From Octopus sinensis (lineage: Eukaryota), in assembly GCF_006345805.1 (NCBI RefSeq), contig NC_043000.1, positions 71,114,001 through 71,178,000 of the forward strand: a stretch of 64,000 bases of DNA. The letters run 5' to 3'. The position numbers were made by a program, and so were the translations under genes. Shown here in pieces: positions 24,168 through 37,720 of this stretch. The first letter of the stretch is position 1. Each line of letters starts with the position of its first letter. The notes below the pieces were generated by a model. That model worked only from the letters and a program-made list of their open reading frames with translations. It was not told the DNA's origin and made no database searches.

Positions 24168-24849
24168 CCCCTTATTAGATTTTTTCATTATTCTTTCTAT
24201 TTCATTACCATGTAAACATAGCTTTTCTTTCACGCTGTTGTTTTAAAACAAACCCAAGTTCCTTTCACACGCATTTACTATTTGTCACCTATTCATTTAT
24301 TCAATTTCGTCACATTGTCACTTATTTCTCTAATTTTGTCACAGATTGACTAACCGAAAATTCTAAGGTTTTTCAATTCTATTTCACTATTATCAGCATT
24401 TGCTGATTCATTTAATTATGTTACCCAAAATCCCAAAAGAATATTTTTCTCCCTCGTGTTCTATCTTTGACCAGCCTGACTCTGCACCCCCTCTCTGTCT
24501 CTGTTTTGATAACCACTTGCTTCTCCAACACTTCCCCCTCCTCCACCACCCCCACCCTATCTAAACTAGCCAAAAGAATACAAATCCAGAAGATGCTCAT
24601 CTCTAATTTTGCTATTTCACAGTACGCCCACCCTCTAACCCCCACCACATTTACCAGAAGTCGCTATCCTCTGTCATCTTTAGGTTGTCTCCAATGAACA
24701 CTTCTAAAGGCTTAACACCCATCCCCACCCCTACTTAGGGTTTATCTCCTATGTAAGGTTGTGATCATATAGCGCATAAAAATGATGGTGTAGTGTATGC
24801 AGGTTGAAGACTATTGAACATACATGAGATCTACCAAATGCGAGCTTCC

Positions 24850-27800
24850 TTTTCAGGTACATGATACTGCTGCCCCCATCTCACGGGCCCACATCTCCCA
24901 CACCCTCAGGGTTGGCACACTCAACGTGGGCACACTGAAAGGTAGGTCTGGTGAGATTGTTGAGATGCATGAACAGTGACGTGTAGATTTCTGCTGCATC
25001 CAAGAAGTAAGGTGGAGAGGAGGTTCTGCTACATCCTCACAGGCAAAAAACATAGGTACAAGATTTTCTGGGCAGGGAACACTAATGGGGTTGGGGTCGT
25101 GGGTATACTTCTTGCAGAGAAATGGCTTGATAAGGTAACTGAGGTAGTCAGAGTATGCGATAGAATACTTAAGATTAGATTAGTGCTTCATCATGGGTTA
25201 GCAACCATTTTCTCGGCCTATGCCCCTCAGCTGGGGCTACCTGATGGACAAAAAAAAATTTTATGACACCCTCTGGCAGACTACCTCGTTGACGAATGAC
25301 AGGGACCTTCTCTTTGTGGTTAGTGACTTCAGTGGACATGTTGGACAACATGCAGGGGGCTTCCATGGCGTACATGGTTTTGGTTCCCGCAATGAGGAGG
25401 GAACCAGGCTGCTGGAGTTCTGCAATGCAAATGATTTTATGGTTTGTAATACTAACTTCAGGAAACCCACCTCTCACCTAGTCAGCTACCAATCTGGTAG
25501 ACACACTAGCCAAATTGACTACATCCTCACCAGAAAAAGGGAAAGATGGCTGCTTATAAATGCCAAAACCTTCCCAGGCGGAGAATGTACCCTACAAGAT
25601 AGACTAGTAGTTAGCGACTTCATGATCAGAGCTAAATGGATGCCCAGACGACAACCAGCATGGAGGAGAAGGGTCTGGAACATTAAAGATCTTGCGAATG
25701 GACAGAGATTTAGAGATGTATTACTCAAAGCTTTTGACCAAATAGAGGGGGATATAACATCACATGATGTGGAAGGCAACTGGAGGTTTCTACAAGACAA
25801 CCTGTTAAGGACCACTGACCAGATCTGTGGATGGTGCAAAGTCCCCTCTTGACTCAAGGTAATGTGGTGGTGGAACAATGTTGTAGACAGGGCTATTAGA
25901 CAAAAGAAACAGGCTTAGAAGGACTGGAAAAATGGTGGTAGCTGGGAAGCTAGGAGACAGGTTTATTTAGTCAGAGGGGAAGCAGATAAGAAAAAATTTG
26001 CTAATGTTCTGCGCCATGAGGACCAAAGACTTGAGGTATTTTGTGTTGCAAGACTGTGTGAGGGAGAATCGTGATGTCATAGGAGAAAAATGTATCTGCA
26101 TGGATGATGGTTCACTTGCATTAAACGAGACTGCAAAGAGAGAGGTTTGGAGATGCCACTATGAAAGGTTGCTAAATAAAGAGAATGAGAGTCTGCCGAA
26201 TGCCAACCCAACAGAGGGCCCAGCTATCCGAATTGACAGTACCTTGGTAGATAAAGCAATTAAGGGAATGAAGACAGGGAAAGCCCTCGGTCCATCAGGA
26301 ATCACCACAGAGATGCTCAAAATATCTGGCGGTGTCAGCTACAGCCTAGTCACCCATATAGTTAACCAGGTCATACTGGTGTAGCAGCACCATAGTCAAC
26401 TGCTACAAAGGTAAAGGTGATGCTTTAGATACAAGTAATTACTGAGGTATCAAGTTTTTGGATCAGGTAATGAAGGTCACCGAGAGGGTCATAGCCCAAC
26501 TAATTAGGGAAAAAGTCAGTCTAGATGAGATGCAGTTTAGGTTCATGCCAGGAAAAGCATTACTGATGCTACATTTCTGGTAAGACAGCTGCAGGAGAAA
26601 TACCTAGCCAAAGATAAGCCCCTGTACCTGGCTTTCGTTAACATGGAGAAAGCCTTTGACAGGATCCCCCCGATCCCTTATCTGGTGGTCAATGAGGAAA
26701 CTAGGGATAGATGAATGGTTAGTGAGAGCTGTGCAAGCCATGTACAGGAATGCTGTCAGTAAGGTGAGGGTTGGCAACAAGTACAGTAAAGAATTCTGGG
26801 TAGGGGTAGGGGTCCACCAAGGATCACTCCTCAGGCCCCTCTTATTCATCATAGTCCTCCAGGCAATAACAGAGGAATTCAAGACAGGATGCCCCTGGGA
26901 GCTCCTCTCTGCTGATGACCTTGCTCTAATTGCTGAGTCACTATCAGAACTAGAGGAAAAGCTTTAGGTGTGGAAACAAGGATTAGAATTGAAGGGCCTT
27001 AGAGTCAACCTAGCTAAAACCAAAGTCTTAATAAGAAGGAAAGCAGACAAACCACAAATCCCTTCAGGTAGATGGCCCTCCTCGATCTGTAGAAAAGGTT
27101 TAGGTAGAAACTCCATAAGATGTACCCAGTGTAAGCTATGCACACATAAGAGGTGCAACAATATCAAAGGAAGGCTAACTGGGAAGATAGTTTTTGTATG
27201 TGGCAAATGCTCAGGTGCTATAAACACTGAAAATGTGCAGAGAACAGCTTCTGTCACATTCCAGGGAGAAAACTAGAAGTAGTTGATAGCTTCCATTACC
27301 TAGGAGACTAAGTCAGTGGGTGGATGCTCTGAAAGTGTAGCTGCTAGAATAAAAATTGCCTGGGTTAAGTTCAGAGAGCTCCTACCTCTGCTGGTGACAA
27401 AGGGCCTCTTGCTCAGAGTAAAAGGTAGATTTTATGACTCATGTGTACGAACGGCCATGCTACATGACTGTGAAACCCAGGCCATGACTGCCGAGGACAG
27501 GTATAAGCTTGCAAGGAATGAAACCAGTATGCTCTGCTCGATCTGTAATGTCCGTGTGCATACACAACAGAGTGTAAATGCCCTGAAAAAAAGTTGGACG
27601 TAAGAAGCATCAGATGTGGTGTGCAAGAGAGACGACTGTGCTGGTATGGTCATGTGTTGTGAATGAATGAGGACAGCTGTGTGAAAAAGTGTTATGCCTT
27701 AGCAGTTGAGGGAACCTGTGGAAGAGGTAGACCCAGGAACACTTGGGATGAGGTGGTGAAGCACGACCTTCGAACATTGAGCCTTACCGAGGCTATGACT

Positions 27801-28325
27801 AGTGACCGAGACCTTTGGAGATATGCTGTGCTTGAGAAGATCCAACAAGCTAAGTGAGACCATAACCTGTGGTCTATGCCAGTGGGTGTAACCAGCCCAC
27901 TTATGAGTACCCCTTATTCATTGGACAATAAACTTTGCTTGTGAAAACCTGTTGAGGCAAGTGAAATCAAAATCAAAATCGCTGATGTGGCCAATGACAG
28001 TACCGCCTGATTGGTACTCATGCCAGTGGAATGTTAAAAGCACCATCTGAACGTGATTGTTGTTAGGACCACTGATTGGCTCCCATGCTGGTGGTACATA
28101 AAAAGCACCATTCAAGTGTGATTGTTGCCAGCATCACCTTGCTAGCACATGTGCCGGTGGCACGTGAAAAACAACATTCAAGCATGGTCATTACCATTGC
28201 CGCCGGACTGGCTCCTGTGCAGGTAGCACATAAAATCACCTTTTGAGTGTAGTCGTTGCCAAAACCGCCTGACTGGCCATCGTGTCGGTGGTACATAAAG
28301 GCACCCACTACATTTGAGGTGTTGA
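24850..28325 (+). mobile_element. Near full-length decayed RTE LINE (APE endonuclease, RT, PHD-like finger, 3' UTR)
   Basis: LRVGTLNVGTLKG, FSAYAPQ, SQIDYIL, AFDRIP, GVHQGS, ADDLAL, GRPRNTW spread over many frameshifted ORFs. The terminal (GAT)n is missing. Confidence 0.93.
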
Positions 28326-28729
28326 CAGGATGGAGTTTAAAGATGGAATCATTTAGGAAGGGGAGTTGGGAATGTTGGTCAATGCTGCAAAAATTTTGTT
28401 GGTAACTAATTGATTGCACTGATTTCTGACGTTGCCAATAGTGATTGATGACTTGATCAATCATAGATGAGCAGCAACTGACTTTATGATTTTCTCGTGT
28501 GGATGAATAAATTTCAGTTTTCATATCATTTATATCCCCTTTGGTAGAAGTATTTCGGTCTGAATCAACTACTGAAAGACTGACAATATCAAAACTAATT
28601 GACTTGGTCCATTTTATTTATCAATTATTTCTACTGATATTTGTTAATACTTAAGTCATCATACATAAGTGATAAAGAGATTACTGTACTTTTCATTTGA
28701 CAACTGAGTAACTTTCAAAATTTCCTTAA

Positions 28730-30729
28730 CCCTTTAGTGTTTAGACTGGCCAAAATTTATTCCCTTTTATTTGTTTGAACCAGCCTAATCTGGCCGTATC
28801 TCATTCCTCTACAAAATCAAGATAATGCAAGATGAAGTCTTTCCTGCCTTTATTCAAGTAAAAATATGGTGAAATATTTGAGATTTCTTGGTTTTTCAAC
28901 ATTTGAAGAGAAGTGTATCTCTTAGTTTTTGATGATATGGTGTCAACAAGTAGCGATTTCGATTTTGAAGGTTTTACTCTTGATGATGTACAAAATATAA
29001 ATGAAAGCAACAGGGATTTGTCTTCAGACAAATCATATTGACTTTTATGAATCTTCATTGCACAAAGAAGATTTTGATAGTGAAAGTGATGAAAATGATA
29101 TTGAAAACCCTACAGCAACATGGTTGAAGATTACTACATCAACCAGAATGTCCGATTTCACTGAAAAGATTAGTCCACAACACAGTGTACCTCCCGATGC
29201 TCAACCATTGGACTATTTATTTTTATTTTTCCCAAAAAGTTTTTTTGAAACTGTCGCAGAGGAAACAAAAAAATTTGCTCAACACATTTCTATTTGTGGA
29301 AGACCCAATCCACTATGGTAGCCAACTGATACTGTGGAAATGCAAGCTCTTTTTACTATAAACATTATGGTTGGTATCAAGCAGCTTCTTCAACTGTGGA
29401 ATTACCGGAGTCCTGATAAAAGGTATGGTTCAAGGTATGGTTCAAGTCCTGATAAAAGGTATAGTTCAAGGTAAAGTTCTTGAACTAATGCTTAAAGAAA
29501 AAAAAACTACAAAATTTACGAAAAGCATCTTGCACAGCAATAGACCGGTCCAGCATTATGTCTAACTATGGTTAATTTGTATATTGTTTATGTAAAATAC
29601 CATAAGCTACCTCTGCCACCAAAGAATATGACCATTTGAAACTTTGGGTTGACATTGCAACTGTTATGTGAGAGTTTTTCTTCCAGAAAGCTCAGAACTG
29701 GGAGAAAAGCAAAATTAACTGAAGTGGATGTCAACAGAGAAAATATTGACTTCCATGAAGTGGAAAAAATAAATGGAGGGAAAAAAGTTTGCAGACTGTT
29801 TGCTGCAAAAAAGAAAAACTGCGAAAGGATATCAGACCTCATATATGTGTTCGTTTTGCAAAGTGTCCTTGTGTAAAGGGTGCTTTGGACAGTTTCATGA
29901 TAGAAATATGGCATAATTATATTTTATTGTTTGATAGTAATACTATCATATATTCCTTTCATTTTATTACAAATAATATGTGAAAGTGAGAAATACATAT
30001 TTAATGTTCAGTATGTTACACACCTGTATTTACCTTTGATTCACCTGTTAATGAACTTTTTTTTATTAGATGCATTCTGCTATGAAAATGTATACATTAA
30101 ATTGTATAAGAATACATAGGCAATGGTATATTGTCTAGTAAAATGTTTGAATGAAATATATAGAGAGAATAAAGCCTTGTATCGATTATACCTGTATTTT
30201 AATTAATTCAAATTAATGTACCTCAATCTTAAAAAGTGGCAAAATTGTTGGCAGTTGATATCTGGGATAATGTTAGTAACAAATCAAACAGGTAAGATGC
30301 ATTAAGAATTTCAATTTTAGTGTTTATCCATAATGTTATTGCTTTTACACCTGTGAATTAAATTTACCTACCCATAAAAGTCAAATTTAATCAGCAAGAT
30401 CAGCTAAAATTACATCACTGTAATCCACTGGTATATTAGCACCCCATCACAAAATTTCAGGTCTGTATATAAAAAAGTAAGCAAAGTTGTAAATATTATG
30501 GATACTCCTTGAACCTGAATAATTCAACATCATCATCGTCGTTTAACGTCCGTTCTCCATGCTAGCATGGGTTGGACGGTTCGACCGGGGTTCTGGGAAG
30601 CCAGAAGGCTGCACCAGGCTCCAGTCTAATCTGGCAATGTTTCTACAGCTGGATGCCCTTCCTAACGGCAAAAACATATTGTGAACAAATAAGCATTACA
30701 TTTGACAGATTAATCTGAACACTAAAGGG
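28730..30729 (+). mobile_element. Decayed, internally deleted piggyBac DNA transposon (2.0 kb)
   Basis: TTAA TSDs (28726-28729, 30730-30733); TIRs ccctttagtgtt(t/c)aga(c/t)t, 16/18 identical. Transposase remnants PLDYLFLFFPKSFFETVAEET..W*PTDTVEMQA and a Cys-rich C-terminal remnant (KKVCR...KCPCVKGCFGQFH). Confidence 0.9.
30531..30672 (-). mobile_element. Short RTE 3' tail inserted in the piggyBac
   Basis: Nearly identical to the tails at 57.3 and 58.1 kb; flanked by an AACAT duplication (30526-30530, 30673-30677). Confidence 0.85.
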
Positions 30730-30738
30730 TTAAAGATA

Positions 30739-30769
<31 letters not shown>

Positions 30770-31879
30770 CAAACAGACAGACAGAGAATGTGTAAAATTC
30801 ACGAGTTTTCTAATTTTTTCAAAATATCAAGAATTACAGTCAGATATTCAATACCATGAATAACATAATCCAGGAAATTTAGAGTAATGACAAAGTGAAA
30901 ATTTGATTTTTTAATGAATAAAGAAACAGTACTTTATGTATTGCATTTTCTTGTTTGTATGCATGTATTTAAATAGACTGACATGTGTATGTGAGTGAGT
31001 GTTTTCAATTTATTTACATATATGTATCCAAGCAACAAAGCACTCAACACATGAGTGCTTTCTTGTTTGATTACCTTTCATAGTACTTTTTCTTGTTTGA
31101 CAACCTTTTGTACATCCTTTTACTTTCTTTATAAAGGTTATCCTAGTCATAGAGTCAATAGGTCTCACTAATGAAGCTAGCATGACGAGACCAAGACTCC
31201 ACCTCATAGATACCAACTGTACTTTAGCAGAGGACACAGCTAAGTAGGTGGCCAGAATATTATGACTGCTCATGTCTATATTATATCTTTCACGCGCTTT
31301 CATGAGTTAGAAAATTATGGAAGTAGAGTTTTTCATTGTTGCAGATGTGCCACAACAATGAGGTTTCAAGAAATTCAATTCCACTAAGAATGGGAAAAAA
31401 ATAATTGAAGAAAATGCTAACATTAAATTTTATGATGACAATTGTTTGTGCAAACACAAGTGTCACTCTCTAAATGTTTGAAGCTAGTAACAAGCAAAAA
31501 GTTAAAAAACAGCATGTTGGTCAGAGTCTCTAAACACTGAAGGATTCAAATGAGTGTATTAACCTACCATTTGCAGTTTCATAGGCATTTATATGTACAC
31601 ACACTATTGGATAGCCATTGACTTTTCTAAGTTCATCTATTATTTGAAAGGATTTCCATTCAACAGAGTGTTTGAAAATTACCTTCTTCATCAAGCATGT
31701 TTTTAGGATTGCCAGATAAGCTGTCAATAGTTCAACCATCAATGGGTTGCACTGGTTTACATGGTTACTAGTAGTAAGTCTCAGGTTGTCGGGTATCTGA
31801 TGTATGGTGGTGGTGGGAGGGAGGAGAGTATTAATGGATGAAAAATGGATAAGTGAAATGGTTCTGGGTAGCAAGTAAA

Positions 31880-33000
31880 AATAAGTGGTATCAAAGGAGT
31901 GTTGCAGTAAGAGAAATGATGGTAGCTAGTGGTGGGGGTGATTCAGGAGGAGAATGGGTGAAGGGCCCATTTGTGCATAGATATACACACATAGTGCTCC
32001 CAGAAGTCAGTTTTGCGGAGGTTGGCAGGTCTTCCTGAGAACCACCTATCACCAATCATCCTGGTCCTTTGTTATCTCTGTGAGGTTCAGGGTCCTGAGA
32101 TCAGCATTGACTTGTGTTTTCCTGGGTCTCCCTCTTTTCCAAACTCCACCCACATTAAGTGATTGGCACTTTGTACAGCTGTTCTCATCTGTATGCCTCG
32201 CATGTTCATATTGGCACATTCTTCTTTCTTGTACACTACATCTGATTTGATTCCTCTTATGCCTACTTTTTTTCTCAGTACATTTGCATTATGTTGTTCA
32301 TGTACACTTACATTGCACATCCTACAGAGCATGTTCCATTTCTTTCTAGTCATGTGCAAATCTCTTCCTTATACAGATATTTTGGGACAGAAGTCATGAC
32401 AGATTTTGTTATTGTTTCGGTTATCATTTCATTCTGTGCTAGACATTCATGCAAAGAGAAGGACTGAGCTGTTAAATGATCACCACTTAGTTGTTTGCAA
32501 CCTGGGACTATCAACAGCAAGGGAGAACTCACAAAACTGCTAAGTCCAGTGAGAAGCCTTGGCAGGTAATGGGATTATAAACAAAAATGTGGACACTATT
32601 GCATCAAGATTCAGAGACATTCCTGAACAAATTGAGGATGTTAAAACAGATTAGAGATTGTTTTGGTTAGCAATTTCTTCTTTTTGGTTGTACAATGCTG
32701 TGGAGAAAGGCCTTTTAACCCAATATTTATGTGCTGTTATTTATAGCTTTACCTGCCCAGAAATACATACATACATATTTATATGTATGTGTTCACATGC
32801 ACTTACACAGATTTATATATATCATCATCATTATACAACATCTATTTTCCAAGCTGGCATGGATTGGATGGTATGACAGACACTGGCAACTAAGAAAACT
32901 GCACCAAACTCTGTTGTCTGCTTTGGCATGGTTTCTATGACTGGATGCCCTTCCTAATGCCAACCACTTTACAGAGTGTACTGAGTGCTTTTTATGTGGA
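31880..33000. mobile_element. Patchwork of old RTE fragments
   Basis: Minus: MLCRMCNVSVHEQ..LRKKVGIRGI. Plus (32440-32560): IHAKRRTELLNDHHLVVC (endonuclease end). Minus tail at 32825-33000. Confidence 0.6.
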
Positions 33001-34564
33001 ATCAGCAGCAGTTATGAACACATTTTTCCAGCACAGGGATATCTATAAGGAGTTGCATAAAGTGTATGTTCTCCTTTAAGTAAGTGAAAATAAAGATCAA
33101 ATTATATGAAAGAAATATGGTTTTCACACCACTGTGTTTTTTTTTTAAGAATAAAATTTAAAGCATATATGGTCAAATATTTAGATTTCAACATCTGTGT
33201 CAAGATGCTCATAAAGCTGATCATGAATGAAAAAAAATGTCTGTCTACTTGTGGGCTCTTGAGTGATCTACTTTTGCTTTTACTGTTGCTTTCAGACTGT
33301 TGGCATTTGTAATAGCATAAAACCTTGTAGTACTGCATGCTTTACATGCCTTCAAATGACATAACTTGCTTTTCAATTTTAAACTCTTCTTTATATGTCC
33401 GTAAGTTTTATATTTACTTAGTTGTCCTTCTTATTTCAGCTCTCTGCTTCATGTTTATATTGTTAGGAGAGAGAGAGGTGGGGTGTTAATGTCTATCAGT
33501 TCTATTCAGTAAAGTTTGGAAATGGCAACTTGCATATCTTCTTTTCTCAGAATACTTTACTAGAAAAACAGCTTACTTTCAATGTTTGTGTCATTAAATT
33601 TTAATAAGACTTCTCTTGTGAGTACTTTGTTCTTGTTTTACTAACAGACCTAAAGTTGATTTTTGACTTTCTCACAGTACATTTTATTATTAACACAGTT
33701 GAATGTTTATGAATGAATGTTGATGTGGCATTATCATAGATGTTCCTCATTATATAATAACAAAGAAACTGAAAGCATGTCTTACTAGTTTTTTTTTTGT
33801 GTACTTCATAGATTACTCTGTTCTACTTAAATTTGAGAAGACTATTTACAGATATAAGAACATGTATAAATAAGCTAAGATCTTAGGCTAAGTATCCAAT
33901 TGTTAATGGAAATTATATAAACTATGATGTTGATGAGAGGATTCCTGTCTATTTTCTTTCAAAAGCTATTAACTATACATAACATTAAGATATTATGAAT
34001 GAAATGTTATACAAATATTTGGAAAAGTATAATAGTACATTTATAGCATTCTAGAACTTCATTGACTAGAAATAATTTTCATTGAAATATGTTCCTTTTA
34101 AGAAACTTCTTGAAGTATTTGTAGAATAGGTAAAATCAAAGTGTCTATTAAATAATATATACATCTTTAGTAGTGTTGTTTCCCCACAGCAATCAAAGCT
34201 AATCGCCATAACTTCCTCCTATAATTGATGTAGATATACAGAGAATATGCACTTGGGGAATATTGAACTGCATGTTGTTTCTTCAGTATATTGCATTCTG
34301 ATATCTCTAGTTTTGAGTTACCATCAAGGCTCTTGACTGCTTGTGATACTTTTGCATCACCAGCTGGTGAAAGTGGCTGACTGTATTTTCACAATGTTCC
34401 TAAACTTGTGTTTCCTTCTCTGTTATAAATGCTATCATTTTAGTCCTTCAGATTCTCTCTCTCTCTCTCTCTCTCACTCGCTCGCTCACTAGTGCTCATG
34501 CTGGCCACAAGCCATCTATATTGTATTGTTAGTATTTCTTTCTTACTTTTGCATTATTATTATT

Positions 34565-34985
34565 ATATTCTGAGTTCAAATTTTACCGAGTTCGGCTTTG
34601 CCTTTCATCTTTTTGGGGTCGATGAAATAAATACCAATTAATCAGGCCTTGTGCCTATAGATAGAAAGAGTTATTATTATTATTATTATTATTATTATTC
34701 CACTGAAGTCGACTTTGTTATTCATCCTTTTGGAGGTTGATAAAATAAGTACCAGTGAAATACTGGGATCAATGTAATCAACTAGTCTCTTCCCCCAAAA
34801 TTTCAAGCCTTGTGCCTATAGTAAAATAGATTATTATTATAACTGAGGTCAGCTTTGCCTTTCATGTTTTTGGGGTCAAATAAGTATCAGTTGAGCACTA
34901 GAGTTGATGTAATTGATTCTTTCCCTTGCCTCAAATCTCAGGCTTGATGCCTACAATAGAAAGAATTATTATTATTATTGGCCAA
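34565..34985 (+). mobile_element. Head-to-tail trimer of SINE fragments (Nin/Deu-like central domain) separated by (ATT)n
   Basis: Repeated ctttgcctttcatc.ttt.ggggtcgat.aaataagtaccag...ccttgtgcctatag. Domain naming is from memory of SINE superfamily consensus and is tentative. Confidence 0.6.
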
Positions 34986-36075
34986 ACTGACTTCAAATCT
35001 ATTCTCTGCTGGCCTTACCTTAGTTTAGTAAAAGATAATAGTGGTATTATTTGAATCTATGAAATAATTGAAATTATTCCTTTTTTTTTTTAATTTCAAA
35101 TAATTTTTCATTCATTTTCTCAGTTTTATCATGAATGTGAAGAAGTTTCATATATCGTGTATCAAAAAATATTCCAATAAAATTTCATTTTCAAAAATCT
35201 ACAGATTTTTAAGATACTTGTCTTTGTTACTTGTTATTGATTTTTTTTCTCCTACTCTTTGATTTTGTTTCATTTTCTCCCTACCTCCTCACTCTTTTTC
35301 ATAACATCCTGCTATTTCTCCATATATCTTCATTTCTGTGTTGCTGAGCTTGGATTTTAATCTAAAAGCCACTTTTACTTTATTGTTTTATACTTTAATA
35401 CTTCACTCTTTACTTCACTCACCATTTTATTTTTTATTTTCCACATGTTCTCATTCTTACTACAGCCTGTAACGATCTTGATAATAGAAGAATCCAATTT
35501 TCTATAGTGTTGTGATATTATTACTGGATTTTATAGTAGACTTTATCTGCAACTCATTAATTTCTTTGTGACCTGTCTGACTCTCCAAATATGACTTCAA
35601 TTGGATAACTAATTTCCTTCTACTTCTGTCCCTTACTCGTACTGTATGTGATCTTTGATATCAAACTAGTTGTTTTTTCCTCCACTAAACAAGTTTGTTT
35701 CAAAAATATACAGCAGACAAGTGAGGAGAATATTTGTTTCAGCATCAACTGGTTTCTCAGTTTTGGTGTCCTTTATGTTTGACTATTAAAGCAATTTTGT
35801 GATTTGTTAGTTGTTCTCATTTTAATCATTTCAATCCACAGAAAGTTGCTTTTTTTTGACATGCTATATTCTTCTTGCTGGCTAAATGGGAAATATTGTT
35901 TCCTGCCAATGAATTTAAACACAGTTTTATAATAATTCATTCTCACATTTACTGATTAATTCATAGGTATGCCAATTGTTGGAGAATAAAGAACACTGGT
36001 TGCTTAGTAACATCTGTCTTTTTGATTATAATTTTATGAAATTCGTGTATGTGCGTGTGTGCGTGCACACACACA

Positions 36076-36108
<33 letters not shown>

Positions 36109-36225
36109 ATAGGTGATTTTTGGAATGCTGTTCCTAAGAAAAGAAGAATAAAAGAATGCAGTAATGTCAAACCTCTCATTTTACCTCCCCAAAATATTTT
36201 CTTGCATCTATTCAAATGAAACTAA

Positions 36226-36700
36226 TCTCTCTATATATAAAGCTGAAGTTGTCTGTGTATGGCAGGTTTGGTAGCCTTCAACTAACACTATCTCCTCCAA
36301 GACCCTGCGGAGTAAGTTGACCAAAATTGAGAGTATGATAGAAGAAGGCTTGCTCTTCATTCTGTAGAAGATAACATTCAATCGGACCATGTGAAGACCA
36401 AAATTTATTTATATCAAAAAGGTGCTTTTTTTTCTATGAAAATCCCTATTTTTTACGATTTTTTTACTGCTGTGTCGCCATTTTTCCGTATATTTCAACC
36501 AGAAAAATGTTCACTTAAAGAGAATAGCAAGCTGCATAATGCAACATCTTTAATTTTCAAAAATTCCAATTCTAAAGGGTCGAAACAAAGCCAAGCAATG
36601 CTGCCAGTATTTAATAATGCAATTTTCTTAAGTTTTTTTTTTTTTTTTTTATGCATGACATTCCAAAAACTATTACACACACACTTTTAAAAGATTTTGT
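36226..36700 (+). mobile_element. Helitron-like 5' fragment
   Basis: A|TCTCTCTATATATAAAgctgaagttgtctgtg resembles the 5' end of the Helitron at 13223. No 3' hairpin or CTAG found; right boundary is a guess. Confidence 0.5.
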
Positions 36701-37099
36701 CATTGGCTTACCTACTCTGAACTATTTAATTACATCTATATATTTTTGTATGAATGCAAAAATAATTTTTGAAATGCAATAAACAATATCACACATTTTA
36801 AGCTAAATCATCTATGAAATAATGCTTTACTGCTCTTACATAAAAATTATTAAATGCACATAAGCTCACACAATATATATATATATATATATGTCTTCAA
36901 GTACTTTTTCATGTTTGTAGGTATTTAAATCTTTTGTTGGTTCATTTCTTTCCAACTAATTTTATCATGTTCTAATCATATTAAGCTAGGATTGTTAAAA
37001 CCATTTATATTCCTTTCTCTTTTTCTTCCCATAATTAGTGTGTGCTGTTTCACATTTCCAGTAACCTTTTAAGAGAATAGTTGGGTGTTGTCTGAGTGT

Positions 37100-37240
37100 G
37101 TGTCAGGACAATTCCCCCGACAACAACTACCCCATAGGACAGTTACCCCCTCTCTAATATATTAAGAAGTTTTAAATCATCATCTGTTGTCCTCGGGGGT
37201 AATTGTCCTTTGGGAGGTTATTGTCAGTGGCGGGGTTATT
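37100..37240. repeat. Small palindromic MITE-like element
   Basis: ggacaattccccc / ggacagttacccc on the left face gggggtaattgtcc / ggggttattgt on the right. Confidence 0.5.
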
Positions 37241-37276
37241 GTGCTGGTGGCACATAAGAAAATTAACCTTGAACAT

Positions 37277-37720
37277 TGGGCCTCATGGAAGCTAAGTGAC
37301 TGAGTTCCTTTCAAGTGTTGGGCCTCATGGAGGCATAGTGGTTGAGTTCCTTTTGAGTATTGAGCCTCATGGAAGCAAATGGTTGAGTTCCTTTTGAGTG
37401 AGGGACCTGGGCCTCACAGAGACAAAGCAGTTGAGTTCCTTTCGAGCTTTGAACCACATGGAGGCAAAGCAGCTGAGTTCCTTTTGAGTTTTGGGTCTCA
37501 TGGAGGTAAGTGACTGAGTTACTTTTAAGCATTAGGCCTCATAGAGGCAAGTGGCTGAGTTCCTTTTGAGCCTCATGGAGGCATGTGGCCAAGTTTCTTT
37601 CGAGTGTTGGGCCTCACGGAGGCAAGGTAGTTGAGTTCCTTTTGAGCATTGGACCCCATGAGGGCAAAATGGCTGAGTTCCTTTCGAGTGTTGGTCCTTA
37701 CAGAGGCAATGACCAAGACC
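37277..37720 (+). repeat. About 42-bp minisatellite (about 11 units) inside an RTE 3' end
   Basis: Consensus tgggcctcatggaggcaaagtggctgagttcctttcgagtgt. It runs directly into the RTE 3' UTR and (GAT)n tail ending near 37982. Confidence 0.9.

Larger units (their letters stand above)
21723..24600. repeat. About 550-bp tandem repeat (about 2.3 units); unit 2 is interrupted by the LTR element
   Basis: Unit starts ttatgttacccaaaatcc at 21723, 22274 and 24416. Unit 2 = 22274-22577 + 24173-24415. Confidence 0.88.

Noticed and set aside
31530-31874. NGYP motif suggesting a Penelope RT C-terminus
   Set aside because: A single short motif with no RT core or GIY-YIG nearby; kept only as a weak exon candidate.
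37277-37720. CRISPR-like or HDV-ribozyme-like appearance of the 42-bp hairpin array
   Set aside because: There are no unique spacers and no cas genes, and the context is eukaryotic. The P1/P2 pairings of an HDV fold cannot be formed, and the unit is explained by the RTE ORF2 end.
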